Shown here piece after piece: positions 8,209 through 18,100 of a stretch of 25,647 nt of DNA. Source of the DNA: a virus (taxonomy: Duplodnaviria; Caudoviricetes). A model generated the notes under the pieces. That model made no database searches and was not told the origin of the DNA. It was given only the letters and a program-made list of their open reading frames with translations. Position 1 is the first letter of the stretch. The number at the start of each line of letters is the position of its first letter. The translations under genes were made by a program, and so were the position numbers. The stretch is from the IMG/VR virus record IMGVR_UViG_3300020446_000073, positions 1-25,647 of that record; one strand, written 5' to 3'.

Positions 8209-8640
8209 ATGATTACAGATGCATTACTTAGAGTAAGCGAAGATCAAGCAGTTACAACAACTGCTGTATCTACTAACACCGTTGATTTAGGTGTTGCTAG
8301 AGACATAGGTGAAGGTACTGCTTTGTACATGAACTTTGCATTAACCGAAGCATTTGCTAACGGTACTAGCGTAACTTTTGAAGTTATTACTAGTTCTTCT
8401 GCAAACTTAAGTACACCTACCGTTATTGGTAGTAGTGCAGTATTAGCTACAGCAGCACTTACATTAGGTAAAAACGTTGTTGTACGTTTAAATCCAGATA
8501 TTGCTGGCAAAGGCCAAAGATTTATTGGTGCTAGATACACTGTTGTTGGTACTATGAATGCAGGTAAAGTTACTGCTGATATAGTAGAAACAATTGGTGA
8601 TGGTCAAAAGTACTATGCTTCTGGCTTTACCGTAGTTTAA
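8209..8640 (+). CDS. Capsid cement/decoration protein (Bbp16-like)
   Basis: MITD.LL..S..QAVT..A.STN.VDLG..RDIG.G...RFIG.RYTV.GT..AGKVTA, beta-rich; AAGGAG RBS; directly after the capsid gene. Confidence 0.85.
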   Translation: MITDALLRVSEDQAVTTTAVSTNTVDLGVARDIGEGTALYMNFALTEAFANGTSVTFEVITSSSANLSTPTVIGSSAVLATAALTLGKNVVVRLNPDIAGKGQRFIGARYTVVGTMNAGKVTADIVETIGDGQKYYASGFTVV

Positions 8641-8652
8641 TAAGGAGAATGT

Positions 8653-8898
8653 ATGCCTATTTACAGAGCTAAAATTAAGTGCTTTGTTGGTCAATCCATG
8701 CGAGAAGCCGATGAAGAGTTTGAATACAACGGAGAGCCAAATACCAATATTGAAATAGTTGGTGGGTCTGATGTTATTGATTACCAAGCAATGACAAAAG
8801 CCGAACTCGAAGTTTATGGTCGTACTATCGGTATTGAACTAGATAGAAGACAAACAAAAGAAACTCTTATTAGTCAACTTGAATCAGCAAGTAAGTAG
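8653..8898 (+). CDS. Small virion-associated protein with a C-terminal helix-extension-helix (Rho-N/HeH-like) motif
   Basis: AAGGAG RBS; C-terminal YQAMTKAELEVYGRTIGIELDRRQTKETLISQL. Confidence 0.65.
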   Translation: MPIYRAKIKCFVGQSMREADEEFEYNGEPNTNIEIVGGSDVIDYQAMTKAELEVYGRTIGIELDRRQTKETLISQLESASK

Positions 8899-8923
8899 GC
8901 ATTATTTTCTTATTTTTGTTACT

Positions 8924-8961
8924 GGGGGCTAGTAGTAATACTGCTAACCTCCCTTTTTTTT
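8924..8961 (+). terminator. Rho-independent terminator after the head genes
   Basis: GGGGGCTAGTAGT-AAT-ACTGCTAACCTCC forms a 13-bp stem (1 mismatch, 2 GU) followed by C and T8 (8954-8961). The AGGAG RBS of the next gene follows at once. The position is analogous to T7 Tphi. Confidence 0.85.
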
Positions 8962-8971
8962 AGGAGATGTT

Positions 8972-9640
8972 ATGGCAACTGAAGTAGATATTTGCAACCT
9001 TGCCCTAGCTCACTTGGGTGATGATGCAACAATAGCTTCGCTTAATCCACCAGAAGGATCAGCACAAGCAGAAAAAGCTGCACGCTTTTATCCAATAGCA
9101 CGAAACAATTTATTGGAAATGCACACATGGAATTTTGCAGCAAAACGTCAAAATTTAGCATTAACTACAAATATTCTTGATCAATGGGATTATGCATATG
9201 TAGCACCTGCGGATATGATGAGTCCTATTGCAGTTATATCTCCTTCATCACAAAACGATTATGCTACAAGAATGTCTGCCGGTGATACTCCGGGTAATTT
9301 AACAGCTAATTTTGCACCAACAATAGTTGCAGGTCAATATACTCCACAACAATTTGCAATAGAAGGATCATTAATATATACAAATCAAGAAAATGCCATG
9401 TTGAGATATCAATCATTTGTTACTGATCCATCATTGTTTTCTCCATTATTTGTTGTTACTTTGTCTTGGCATTTAGCTTCTATGTTGGCAGGGCCAATTA
9501 TAAAAGGTGATCAAGGCATGGCAGAAGCAAAACGCAGTACACAAATGATGCAAGGTTATTTAGTGCAAGCTAAACAAGCTGATAATTTACAAAGAGATAT
9601 TACAGTAGAACATATAGTTCCTTGGACATCTGGGAGATAA
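8972..9640 (+). CDS. Tail tubular protein A (adaptor, T7 gp11-like)
   Basis: EVDICNLALAHLG....I.SL...S..A.....FY...R..LLE.H.WNFA.KR..LA; W.YAY..P.D; F...L...LA..LA.PI. Confidence 0.88.
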   Translation: MATEVDICNLALAHLGDDATIASLNPPEGSAQAEKAARFYPIARNNLLEMHTWNFAAKRQNLALTTNILDQWDYAYVAPADMMSPIAVISPSSQNDYATRMSAGDTPGNLTANFAPTIVAGQYTPQQFAIEGSLIYTNQENAMLRYQSFVTDPSLFSPLFVVTLSWHLASMLAGPIIKGDQGMAEAKRSTQMMQGYLVQAKQADNLQRDITVEHIVPWTSGR

Positions 9641-9643
9641 TTA

Positions 9644-12109
9644 ATGCCTGTAACACGCAATTTTAAACAAGCGTTTTCTGGAGGTGAAATATCACCAGAA
9701 ATGTTTGGACGTATTGATGACAGTAAATATCAACAAGGTGCAGCAACAATGCGTAATTTTATTGCTAAACCACAAGGCCCTGCCGAAAACAGACCGGGAT
9801 TTGCATTTGTAAAAGAAGTAAAAGATAGCACAAAAGCAGTAAGATTAATGTCTTTTACTTTTTCTACTGTGCAAACAATGGTTATAGAAATGGGTGATCA
9901 ATATTTTAGATTTCATACACAAGGTGCAACATTAAATTACAGCAATGGAGCAGCGTGGAATAGTGGCACAAATTATGCAGTAGGAGATATAGCGTTATAT
10001 AACGGTGTTAACTATTACGCTAAAACTGCACATTCCAATAGTCAACCGCCAAACGCAACTAATTGGTATGCATTACCTGCTGACATGACATATGAAATAC
10101 CATCACCGTATTTAGAAGCAGAATTATTTGATATACATTATGTGCAATCTGCGGACGTTATGACAATCGTGCATCCTAGTCACGCACCTAGAGAATTAAG
10201 AAGACTTGGTGCAACAAAATGGGAATTAAAAACAATAAATTTTGGTAGCCCTATTGCATCACCAACTGGTGTTTCTGTAAGTTCTTATATACCTTCATCA
10301 TCAAGTACTAATGCAGATACATTTGAAAATCATGAATATGTTGTTACAGCTATTGGTAGTAACCTTATAGATGAAAGTGCCCAATCTAGTTCTGCTTCAG
10401 TTAATAATAATATTTTTGTAACTGGAGCTAAAAATACTATTTCGTGGAATGCTGTTACTGGTGCTGCAAGATACAGAGTATATAAAGAACAAGCAGGTGT
10501 ATTTGGATTTTTAGGAGAAACAACTAGCACAACAATTGTAGATGCAAATATAGCACCAGATTTTTCTAGAACGCCACCTGTTTATGACAACCCATTTCCT
10601 AGTTCTAATAACTTTCCGGGTGCTGTATCTTATTTTGAACAACGTAGAGTTTTTGCAGGTACAAATAATGATCCGCAAACTATTTATATGACTAAATCAG
10701 GTACTGAAAGTAATATGTCTTTTGGTATACCTATACGAGATGATGACCGTATTAAGTTTAGAGTTGCTGCTCGTGAAGCAAACACAATACGACACATTGT
10801 TCCATTAACACAATTACTATTGCTTACAGGATCAGCAGAATGGCGTATAGCATCTGTTAATAGTGACGCTATAACACCTAGTTCTATATCGGTAAAACCA
10901 CAATCTTATGTTGGTGCAAACAATGCACAACCAGTAATTGTAAACAACAGTATGGTTTATGCTGCTGCTCGTGGCGGTCACGTAAGAGAACTTGGTTATA
11001 ACTGGCAAGCAAATGGATTTATTACAGGTGATTTATCTCTTCGAGCACCACATTTGTTTGATAATTTTACAATAATAGATATGGCATTAGCCAAAGCACC
11101 ATTGCCTATTGTTTGGATGACAAGTAGTAGTGGTAAATTAATAGGTTTTACATATGTGCCAGAACAGCAAGTAGGGGCATGGCATCAACATGATACAGAT
11201 GGTACGTTTGAAAGTGTTGCTACTGTATCTGAAGGTAATGATGATGTAGTTTATTGCGTTATAAAAAGAACAATAAATGGTGCTACTAAAAAATATATAG
11301 AACGTATGGGTACAAGATTGTACGCAACTCAACGTGATAGTTTTTTCGTTGACGCAGGTGCAACATATAATGGCACAAATACAAACACAGGACTTAATGT
11401 AACTATATCTGGCGGCACAAACTATACAAAAGGAGAAAGCGTTACTATAACTGCTAATTATAATTTATTTAATGCACCACCTAACATTGATGATAAAGGT
11501 GATGCAATTGTTTTAGTTGATGGCACAGATTTCTATCGTTGTAATATTGTATCTACTACAAGTCAAACAGTAGCAACAGCAAAATTAGATAAAGATTTAC
11601 CTGCATCTTTGCGTAATACACCAATTACAACTTATGAAGTAGCAAGAAATGTTATATCAGGCATTACATGGTTAGAAGGCAAAACAGTTAGCATATTAGC
11701 TGATGGTGCTGTGCATCCACAAAAGGTTGTTTCTAGCGGTTCTATTACGTTAGACCGTGCAGCTAGTGTTGTTCACGTAGGATTACCATATGAAAGCGAT
11801 TTGCAATCATTACCACTAGCTTTGCAAGCAGAAGCATTTGGTCAAGGCCGTGTTAAAAATTTAAACCATGTATGGGTAAGAGTATTAGAAAGTTCTGGTA
11901 TTTTTGCAGGGCCTAGTGCAGATAAATTAGTAGAAGCAAAACAACGTACAACAGAACCATATGGCTCACCACCTAATTTAAAAACAGAAGATATAAAAAT
12001 TATGCTTACACCTACATGGCAAGATAACGGCCAGTTGTTTGTACGACAATCTGATCCATTACCATTAACAATTGTTGGATTGACATTGGAAGTAGCTATA
12101 GGTGGATAG
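9644..12109 (+). CDS. Tail tubular protein B (nozzle, T7 gp12-like) with an inserted CBM-like module
   Basis: FSGGEISP...GR.D...Y, N....QG....RPG, QSADVM...H, P.AV.YFEQR..FAG, EQQV.AWH.H, GLPY and QSDPLP.TI motifs. Confidence 0.92.
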   Translation: MPVTRNFKQAFSGGEISPEMFGRIDDSKYQQGAATMRNFIAKPQGPAENRPGFAFVKEVKDSTKAVRLMSFTFSTVQTMVIEMGDQYFRFHTQGATLNYSNGAAWNSGTNYAVGDIALYNGVNYYAKTAHSNSQPPNATNWYALPADMTYEIPSPYLEAELFDIHYVQSADVMTIVHPSHAPRELRRLGATKWELKTINFGSPIASPTGVSVSSYIPSSSSTNADTFENHEYVVTAIGSNLIDESAQSSSASVNNNIFVTGAKNTISWNAVTGAARYRVYKEQAGVFGFLGETTSTTIVDANIAPDFSRTPPVYDNPFPSSNNFPGAVSYFEQRRVFAGTNNDPQTIYMTKSGTESNMSFGIPIRDDDRIKFRVAAREANTIRHIVPLTQLLLLTGSAEWRIASVNSDAITPSSISVKPQSYVGANNAQPVIVNNSMVYAAARGGHVRELGYNWQANGFITGDLSLRAPHLFDNFTIIDMALAKAPLPIVWMTSSSGKLIGFTYVPEQQVGAWHQHDTDGTFESVATVSEGNDDVVYCVIKRTINGATKKYIERMGTRLYATQRDSFFVDAGATYNGTNTNTGLNVTISGGTNYTKGESVTITANYNLFNAPPNIDDKGDAIVLVDGTDFYRCNIVSTTSQTVATAKLDKDLPASLRNTPITTYEVARNVISGITWLEGKTVSILADGAVHPQKVVSSGSITLDRAASVVHVGLPYESDLQSLPLALQAEAFGQGRVKNLNHVWVRVLESSGIFAGPSADKLVEAKQRTTEPYGSPPNLKTEDIKIMLTPTWQDNGQLFVRQSDPLPLTIVGLTLEVAIGG

Positions 12110-12142
12110 TGTAACCGTAAACAGATATAGTGTATGTATATT
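12109..12142 (+). promoter_or_regulatory. Phage late-type promoter, copy 3 (internal virion genes)
   Basis: GTGTAACCGTAA (12109-12120), 16 nt, TATATT (12137-12142). Confidence 0.75.
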
Positions 12143-12167
12143 AGAAAAATAAGTAGTTGTTGAAGTT

Positions 12168-12719
12168 ATGGCAACAATAGGAAATAAAGTAGCTGGTATT
12201 AGTTCTATAACAGGAACTGTTCAAGGACTGATTGGTTCTTATTATGCTGCGGAAACAGAAAAATTTAAATATAAATCAATGGCTCTTAATTATGAGCATA
12301 AAAAAGATATGGCTAAAATTAATAGTCGTATGTTAGAAAGACAAGCACAACAAGTAAGTAGAGCATATAACAGACAAATAATGATTAAAACTATGGCAGC
12401 AGGTCAACGCAAAGGAAAAGCTACAGCAAGTGCAGCAGCACGAGGTGGTAGTTTAGGTTATGGAAGTACAGCAAATCTTTTTGCTAGTGACGAAATTATG
12501 AAAGAAATAGACAAAATTACAATGAATACAAATAAAGTACAAGCAATAAATGAAGCAAGAATGCGTAAGGTAAATATGGATATTAGAGGAACAATGCTTG
12601 GTGTATCGCAAGCCGGAGCTTTAGCTAACGCATCAACAGTAAGTCCATTCTTAAATATGAGTAGTACGTTATTAACAGGCATTGGCGATATAGCAAAAAA
12701 CAAATATTTTGAAGGTTAA
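12168..12719 (+). CDS. Internal virion / ejection protein 1 (T7 gp14-like)
   Basis: Gly/Ser/Ala-rich termini, helical centre with GQ.K...ASAAARG...GYGST; first gene after the nozzle. Confidence 0.7.
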   Translation: MATIGNKVAGISSITGTVQGLIGSYYAAETEKFKYKSMALNYEHKKDMAKINSRMLERQAQQVSRAYNRQIMIKTMAAGQRKGKATASAAARGGSLGYGSTANLFASDEIMKEIDKITMNTNKVQAINEARMRKVNMDIRGTMLGVSQAGALANASTVSPFLNMSSTLLTGIGDIAKNKYFEG

Positions 12720-12721
12720 TT

Positions 12722-15103
12722 ATGGCTACAGTACCTTTACAAAACACACCGACAGAACAACTTAGAGTTGGATCAGCACCACAGTTAAGTGCTACAGAAG
12801 TACGTCCTATGGACGATGTAGTAACTGATGATATAGAAAGATCTAGTAAAGCATTTAAGCAATTTGCACAAATAGCAAAAAGTTTACAAGATGAAAGAGA
12901 TGATGCACATTCCAAACAATTACATACCGAATATCAAACAAGAGCATTAGAAATTGAAAATGATTATCTTTCGACAGAACTAGGTAATGCTGTAAAAGTA
13001 GTTGGTTATGAAGACGATGGCACTACACCTATTACTGCATATGATCAAAAAGTAAAAGATCTTAATGCGTTAAAAGAAGAAATAGCAGAAAGATCAGAAA
13101 ATAAAAATCAATTAGCAATATTTAATGAAAAGTCATCAGCAACATTATTATCTTCAACAAACCGAATGAGTAAACATTCTATAGCTGAAGGATCTAAACA
13201 TGCAAACGCTGAAACTCTTGCTGATATAGAAAATTCAGTCACAGAAACTGGGTTGTCTGTTGATGATTTTAATATGGGTGAAAATAGTGAATATGTTAAA
13301 AATTTAATAGCATTAGATGTAAAAATAAAAAATTATGCAGAATCAAAAGGCATAAAATTTGTAGGTGATTCACAAGGTAGTACAAAAGACAGCGAAACAT
13401 ATCAAAATATTAGAATGGGATATTTAAACCAAGTACATGATGCATCTATAACAAAATTATTAATTAACAATGAATATCATAAAGCTGCTGAGTATCTTGA
13501 ATTTCACGAAAAAGAAGGAAGTATATCAAAAGCACAAATAAGCAAACACGCAAAAATAATAAACACTGGTTTAAAAAAAGAAAATGGAGAAAATATTGCA
13601 AACAATATAATAGACGGAAAAAATATTAATTCTAATGATGGTAATTTTACTAGTTCTGCACAAGTAATTACTTCATTAGAAGGTAGCAATAATGCTACTA
13701 ACAGCAATGGTATGCCATATGTAGAAGGTAATACAAAAGAAATTAATATATTAAATTTAGAAAAATTACAAAACGAATCTAAATATTATAAAGAAGGTGC
13801 AACTACATCATTACCACCAGAACATCGCACAACACATTTGTTTTTAACAAAAGAATTAGGTGTACAAAAGGCAGATAGTGTATTTACAAAAGCAAATACA
13901 TTATTAAAAGAAGAAGGCTTTGTTATAGATAAAGAAAAAATGAAAACTGATTTCGCTTATGCAGCAGAAGTAAATGCAAAATTAATGGAAAAAGTTGTAG
14001 GTTTAAGTAAAGAAGAGTTAGGTAAAAAATATGGCGAAGGTGATGAATTAGATTTATATTCTAAAGATTTAGATACTGTTGTATCAAAAATAGATTACAC
14101 ATATAAAGACACACAGCAACCATCAATGCGTGTTAGTGAAGATGGTGTATTCAATTTAGAAGATGCATTAAAATTTGCTAGAGAAAATATAAAAGATAAA
14201 AATGTATTGGAATATGTAGAAGCTAATTTAAAAGATAAACATACTGAACAAACAGAGTTTGCAGAAGAAAATTATAAAACAGAAATACTTAAACCTGCTG
14301 AAGACTTAGCGTATGCAAAACCCGGTGGTTGGAAAGATGTAAAACCAGAAATTTGGAATCAACTGAAAGTTGAAGATCAAGAAAATTTAAAAAAAGGTTT
14401 TGCTAAAACAGATGACGTAGACACATTACTTGCATATTACGAAGGTACATTATTAAAACCGGGTGAAACTATAGATGATTACAGATATCTTATGAAAGAA
14501 TCTACTTATCTTGAAATTAAAACTAAAGAAAAAGGTTTAGGTAGTGGTAGCGGTAGTGGCTCTGGATCTATTTCTGTAGATAAAGATGTTTTAAATATTA
14601 AATTAGATGAGTACGGTTATACTAAAATATTAAATAAACAAGGTGATGGGAAAACCGATTATTTACAGATATTAAAAGCATGGAAAGATCAAGTTGAAGA
14701 TGCTAAAAAAGAAGGAGTTAAATTAGACAGGCAAAAAAAAGAATTAATTTTAGAAAGTATACTGGCGAATAAAGTTCGTGTAGGTGGTTTTGCAACTAGA
14801 GTAGGTTCAGAATATGTTGTTGCTGCTGTTGACACAGATCAATTATCTAAAACATTTAGCATAGTAAAAGAAAATGAGCAATTTAAAAAAATATACCATA
14901 ATCAAATTCCTGACGAAGTAAGGACTTATATGCTTAAAGGTTACGATCAAAATGGACTTAAACTTAGTTACCAAGAAATGACAGAACGATGGGTGTCATT
15001 TGGTAGGCCAAAAACTGTACAAGATTTTATTAACGAAGTACGCTATCAAAAAGGTGAAATTGGAAAAATTACTAAAACTAAATCAAGAATTAATTTATTT
15101 TAA
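12722..15103 (+). CDS. Internal virion / ejection protein 2 (T7 gp15 position)
   Basis: 793 aa, MATVP start, largely helical and charged; position between the gp14-like and giant genes. Contains a GSGSGSGSGS linker at 14540-14569. Confidence 0.65.
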   Translation: MATVPLQNTPTEQLRVGSAPQLSATEVRPMDDVVTDDIERSSKAFKQFAQIAKSLQDERDDAHSKQLHTEYQTRALEIENDYLSTELGNAVKVVGYEDDGTTPITAYDQKVKDLNALKEEIAERSENKNQLAIFNEKSSATLLSSTNRMSKHSIAEGSKHANAETLADIENSVTETGLSVDDFNMGENSEYVKNLIALDVKIKNYAESKGIKFVGDSQGSTKDSETYQNIRMGYLNQVHDASITKLLINNEYHKAAEYLEFHEKEGSISKAQISKHAKIINTGLKKENGENIANNIIDGKNINSNDGNFTSSAQVITSLEGSNNATNSNGMPYVEGNTKEINILNLEKLQNESKYYKEGATTSLPPEHRTTHLFLTKELGVQKADSVFTKANTLLKEEGFVIDKEKMKTDFAYAAEVNAKLMEKVVGLSKEELGKKYGEGDELDLYSKDLDTVVSKIDYTYKDTQQPSMRVSEDGVFNLEDALKFARENIKDKNVLEYVEANLKDKHTEQTEFAEENYKTEILKPAEDLAYAKPGGWKDVKPEIWNQLKVEDQENLKKGFAKTDDVDTLLAYYEGTLLKPGETIDDYRYLMKESTYLEIKTKEKGLGSGSGSGSGSISVDKDVLNIKLDEYGYTKILNKQGDGKTDYLQILKAWKDQVEDAKKEGVKLDRQKKELILESILANKVRVGGFATRVGSEYVVAAVDTDQLSKTFSIVKENEQFKKIYHNQIPDEVRTYMLKGYDQNGLKLSYQEMTERWVSFGRPKTVQDFINEVRYQKGEIGKITKTKSRINLF

Positions 15104-18100
15104 TGACAGACTCATATAACATTTTTGATGATTTACTTCGTGAAGAAGGCAGGATAGGAGGTATTAATACCAATTCAGATACTGATTACAATGCAATGTC
15201 TGAAGTTTTAAAAGATGAAGAGGAAGAAAGAAGAAATATTATGCGAGCTAATATGCGACTTGTTATGGAGAAAGATCCTAACAAGGTAGGTGAAGCACAA
15301 AGAATGGCATTAGATCTTAATTTGCCAGAAGAAATTGCACTAGATAGTGATGAAGCAATTAACGCTCTTATACAAAAGAAAAAACAAGAAAGAATGCGTT
15401 CATATGAATTATCTTTATATGACCCAGTTTTAAGAAGGCAATTAACAGATAAAAATTTTGCAGCTATTGCTCACGATAATGTAGATGATTTGCAAGGTAT
15501 TGCGTATGTATTTAATGGTATAAAAAATATGCCAGAAAACATAGCACAAGGTTGGGAAAAAGGTAGGCTACAAACTAGAATAGGAAAAATTGGTAATTTA
15601 AAAAAAAGTGGTAAAGGCAACGAATTATTAGATTTAGAATTAGCAAAATTAAATGAAAGAGTAGAACAGTTACAAAGTGATGGTTCTGGATTTTGGGAAG
15701 AAGCGTCAACAGTTGTTGGACAAATGTCTAAAACAGTAAAAACAGGATTAGAAGGTGGATCTGCCGGTGCTGCAATAGGATTTGGATTAGGTTCAGTTAC
15801 TGGGCCGGGTTCTATTTTTACAGCTAAAGGCGGTTTTGTCGTTGGTTTTATGACTACGATGGCATATGAAAGCTACAAAATAGAAGCAGGTCATTCATAC
15901 CTTGAAATGCTTGATGAAGGTTTAGATGAACGTGATGCACAACATATAAGCACAGGAGTTGGTTTAACTAACGCAGCATTAGAATTTGGTGGTGCAGGTA
16001 TTGTATTTAGACCATTAATTAAAAAATATTTAGCAAAAGAAGTAACAAAGAAATTAGTAAAAGAATTAGCTAAACCTACATTAAAAAAAGCATTTATAGA
16101 TTTTAGTAAAAATACCATTTTAAACAGTTCATTAGAATCTTTAACTGAAGTTGGTCAAGAATTTACTAATGTCATAGGCCGTGATTTAGCTGTACGTTTA
16201 AAAGATTATCCTGACCTAGAGGTTAAATTAGGAACACAAGAAGGTCGTGAAGAAGTTGCAGATAGATTAGTTACTACTTTTATAAAAAGTATGCAAGCTA
16301 TGGCAATTTTAGGTTTAGTACCTGCCGGAGGTAATTTTGCTATAGATGTTCAAAGAGCAAAAGAAGCAAATAAAGATACTGCATTTTTAGAAAAAGTTTA
16401 TGGTATGTCTGTAGATAACAAAACTAGACAAAGAAATCCTAAACAGTACAGAGCATTAATAGATAATCTAGCAATAGAAAATGGTGTAGAAAACTTATAC
16501 ATAGAAGCTGATGTGTTTAATCAATCATTAAAAGATAACGGCATATTAATAGAAGATCTTGAAGTAGCTGCCCCAGATATTGCAAGACAACTAAAAGAAA
16601 TAAATGAAGGTGGAGGTGTAGGAACTGTTGAAATGCAGACAGGTGAATATTTTTCACAACTAGTAGGTACACAAGTTGGCAATGTTATAAAACCTCATGT
16701 ACGCAAAACAGAAAAAGGAATGAGTTCAGCAGAATATGCACAATATTTAAAAGATAGGCCAACAATAGAACAAGAAATGCTTGATGCAATAACAGTTGAA
16801 AGTCAAGCAGTAGAAGATTTTAAATTAGATGCAGCCGATGTTAAATCGACTATTGAACAAATGTTAAAAAATGCAGGTACAAAATATACAAAAAATCAAA
16901 TATCAGATTTGTCAACCTTTGCTCGTGATTTTATTGTTACGCAAGCTAAAGATTTAGGTATGTCTCCAAGTCAGTTTTTTAGTGAATTTTATTACAACAT
17001 ACAAGGAGAACAACAAATTAACAAAAATGTAAGAACATCTAAATTAAACCAATTATTTACACAAGACGGATTAGTAAATACACAAAATCAGATTAGTAGA
17101 GAATTTTTTAAAAATTCAAAATTAATTGAAAAAGATGGTACACCACAAATAATTTTTCATGGAACTTCTGATAGCGTAAAAGGTTTTGATAGTAATAACC
17201 CGACAAAAAAAGACGATGGTTGGGCAGGGCCGGGAGTGTACGCAGTTAGGGGTCAAGATGCTAAAGACTTTGCAGATATTTACGAGCAAAAAAATAAAGG
17301 AGAAAATGCAACACCTAGTATGCCTTTGTATGCAAAATTAGAAAATCCATATGTAGCAACAAAAGCAGAAAAAAACGATGTTAGAGAAGGTGGCAAAACA
17401 GCGTCTACTGCATTTAGAAAAAAATTAATTGAAGAAGGATATGACGGTATTATTATGCCGTTAGATAATAACAATCAAGAAATAATTATTTTTAATCAAG
17501 CTAACGTAAAAACTGTAGAAAAAAGTGGCACTTGGGAAAAAGAAATACAAGAATTATTAGATGATACAGATGCAGATGAAGTCTTTGAACAACGTGCTAA
17601 ACCACAACAACAAGGTAAACCTGTACCTGATAATGTTAGACAAACAAATAGATTAGAAAATAGTTTTGATTTTGCTAAGAGTAAACCTTTCCCAACTAAT
17701 AGGCAATTTAAAATAGAACTACAAGAAAGAGTAAAACAAGCTGCGAAAGAAGCAGGTATTGATGTTAATGATGCGTCAATAGAAACAGAAAAATATTTAG
17801 TAGAGACAATAATTGCTGATGCTAGATTTGCATTAATAGAAAATAGTAATGCTGTTGGTTGGTATAACGAAAAAGTAACTAAAGCAAAAAGAATATTATC
17901 ACTTATACATCCAGAATTAGATACTGATCCGGTAGCTAATTTTGCATTTACTTGGGCGTTAGCTAACACTTCTAACATGATCAAGGTTGATAAAAACTTT
18001 GAGTTAGCAGAAAAAGCATATAGGCATTACAAAAAGACAGGTAAGTTTCCTACAAATATAGGCATTGGAAAAGCAACTGATGCTATTAATAACAACTTTA

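Noticed and set aside
13620-13990. Possible degenerate lytic transglycosylase in the 793-aa internal protein (VITSLEGS)
   Set aside because: The catalytic ES, GLMQ and AYNAG motifs are not recognisable, so the call cannot be supported without a profile search.
17215-17341. Short alternative-frame ORF with AAGGAG-AAAATG inside ART domain 1
   Set aside because: It has only about 11 codons from the SD-linked ATG (about 41 from the upstream ATG), which is compatible with chance.
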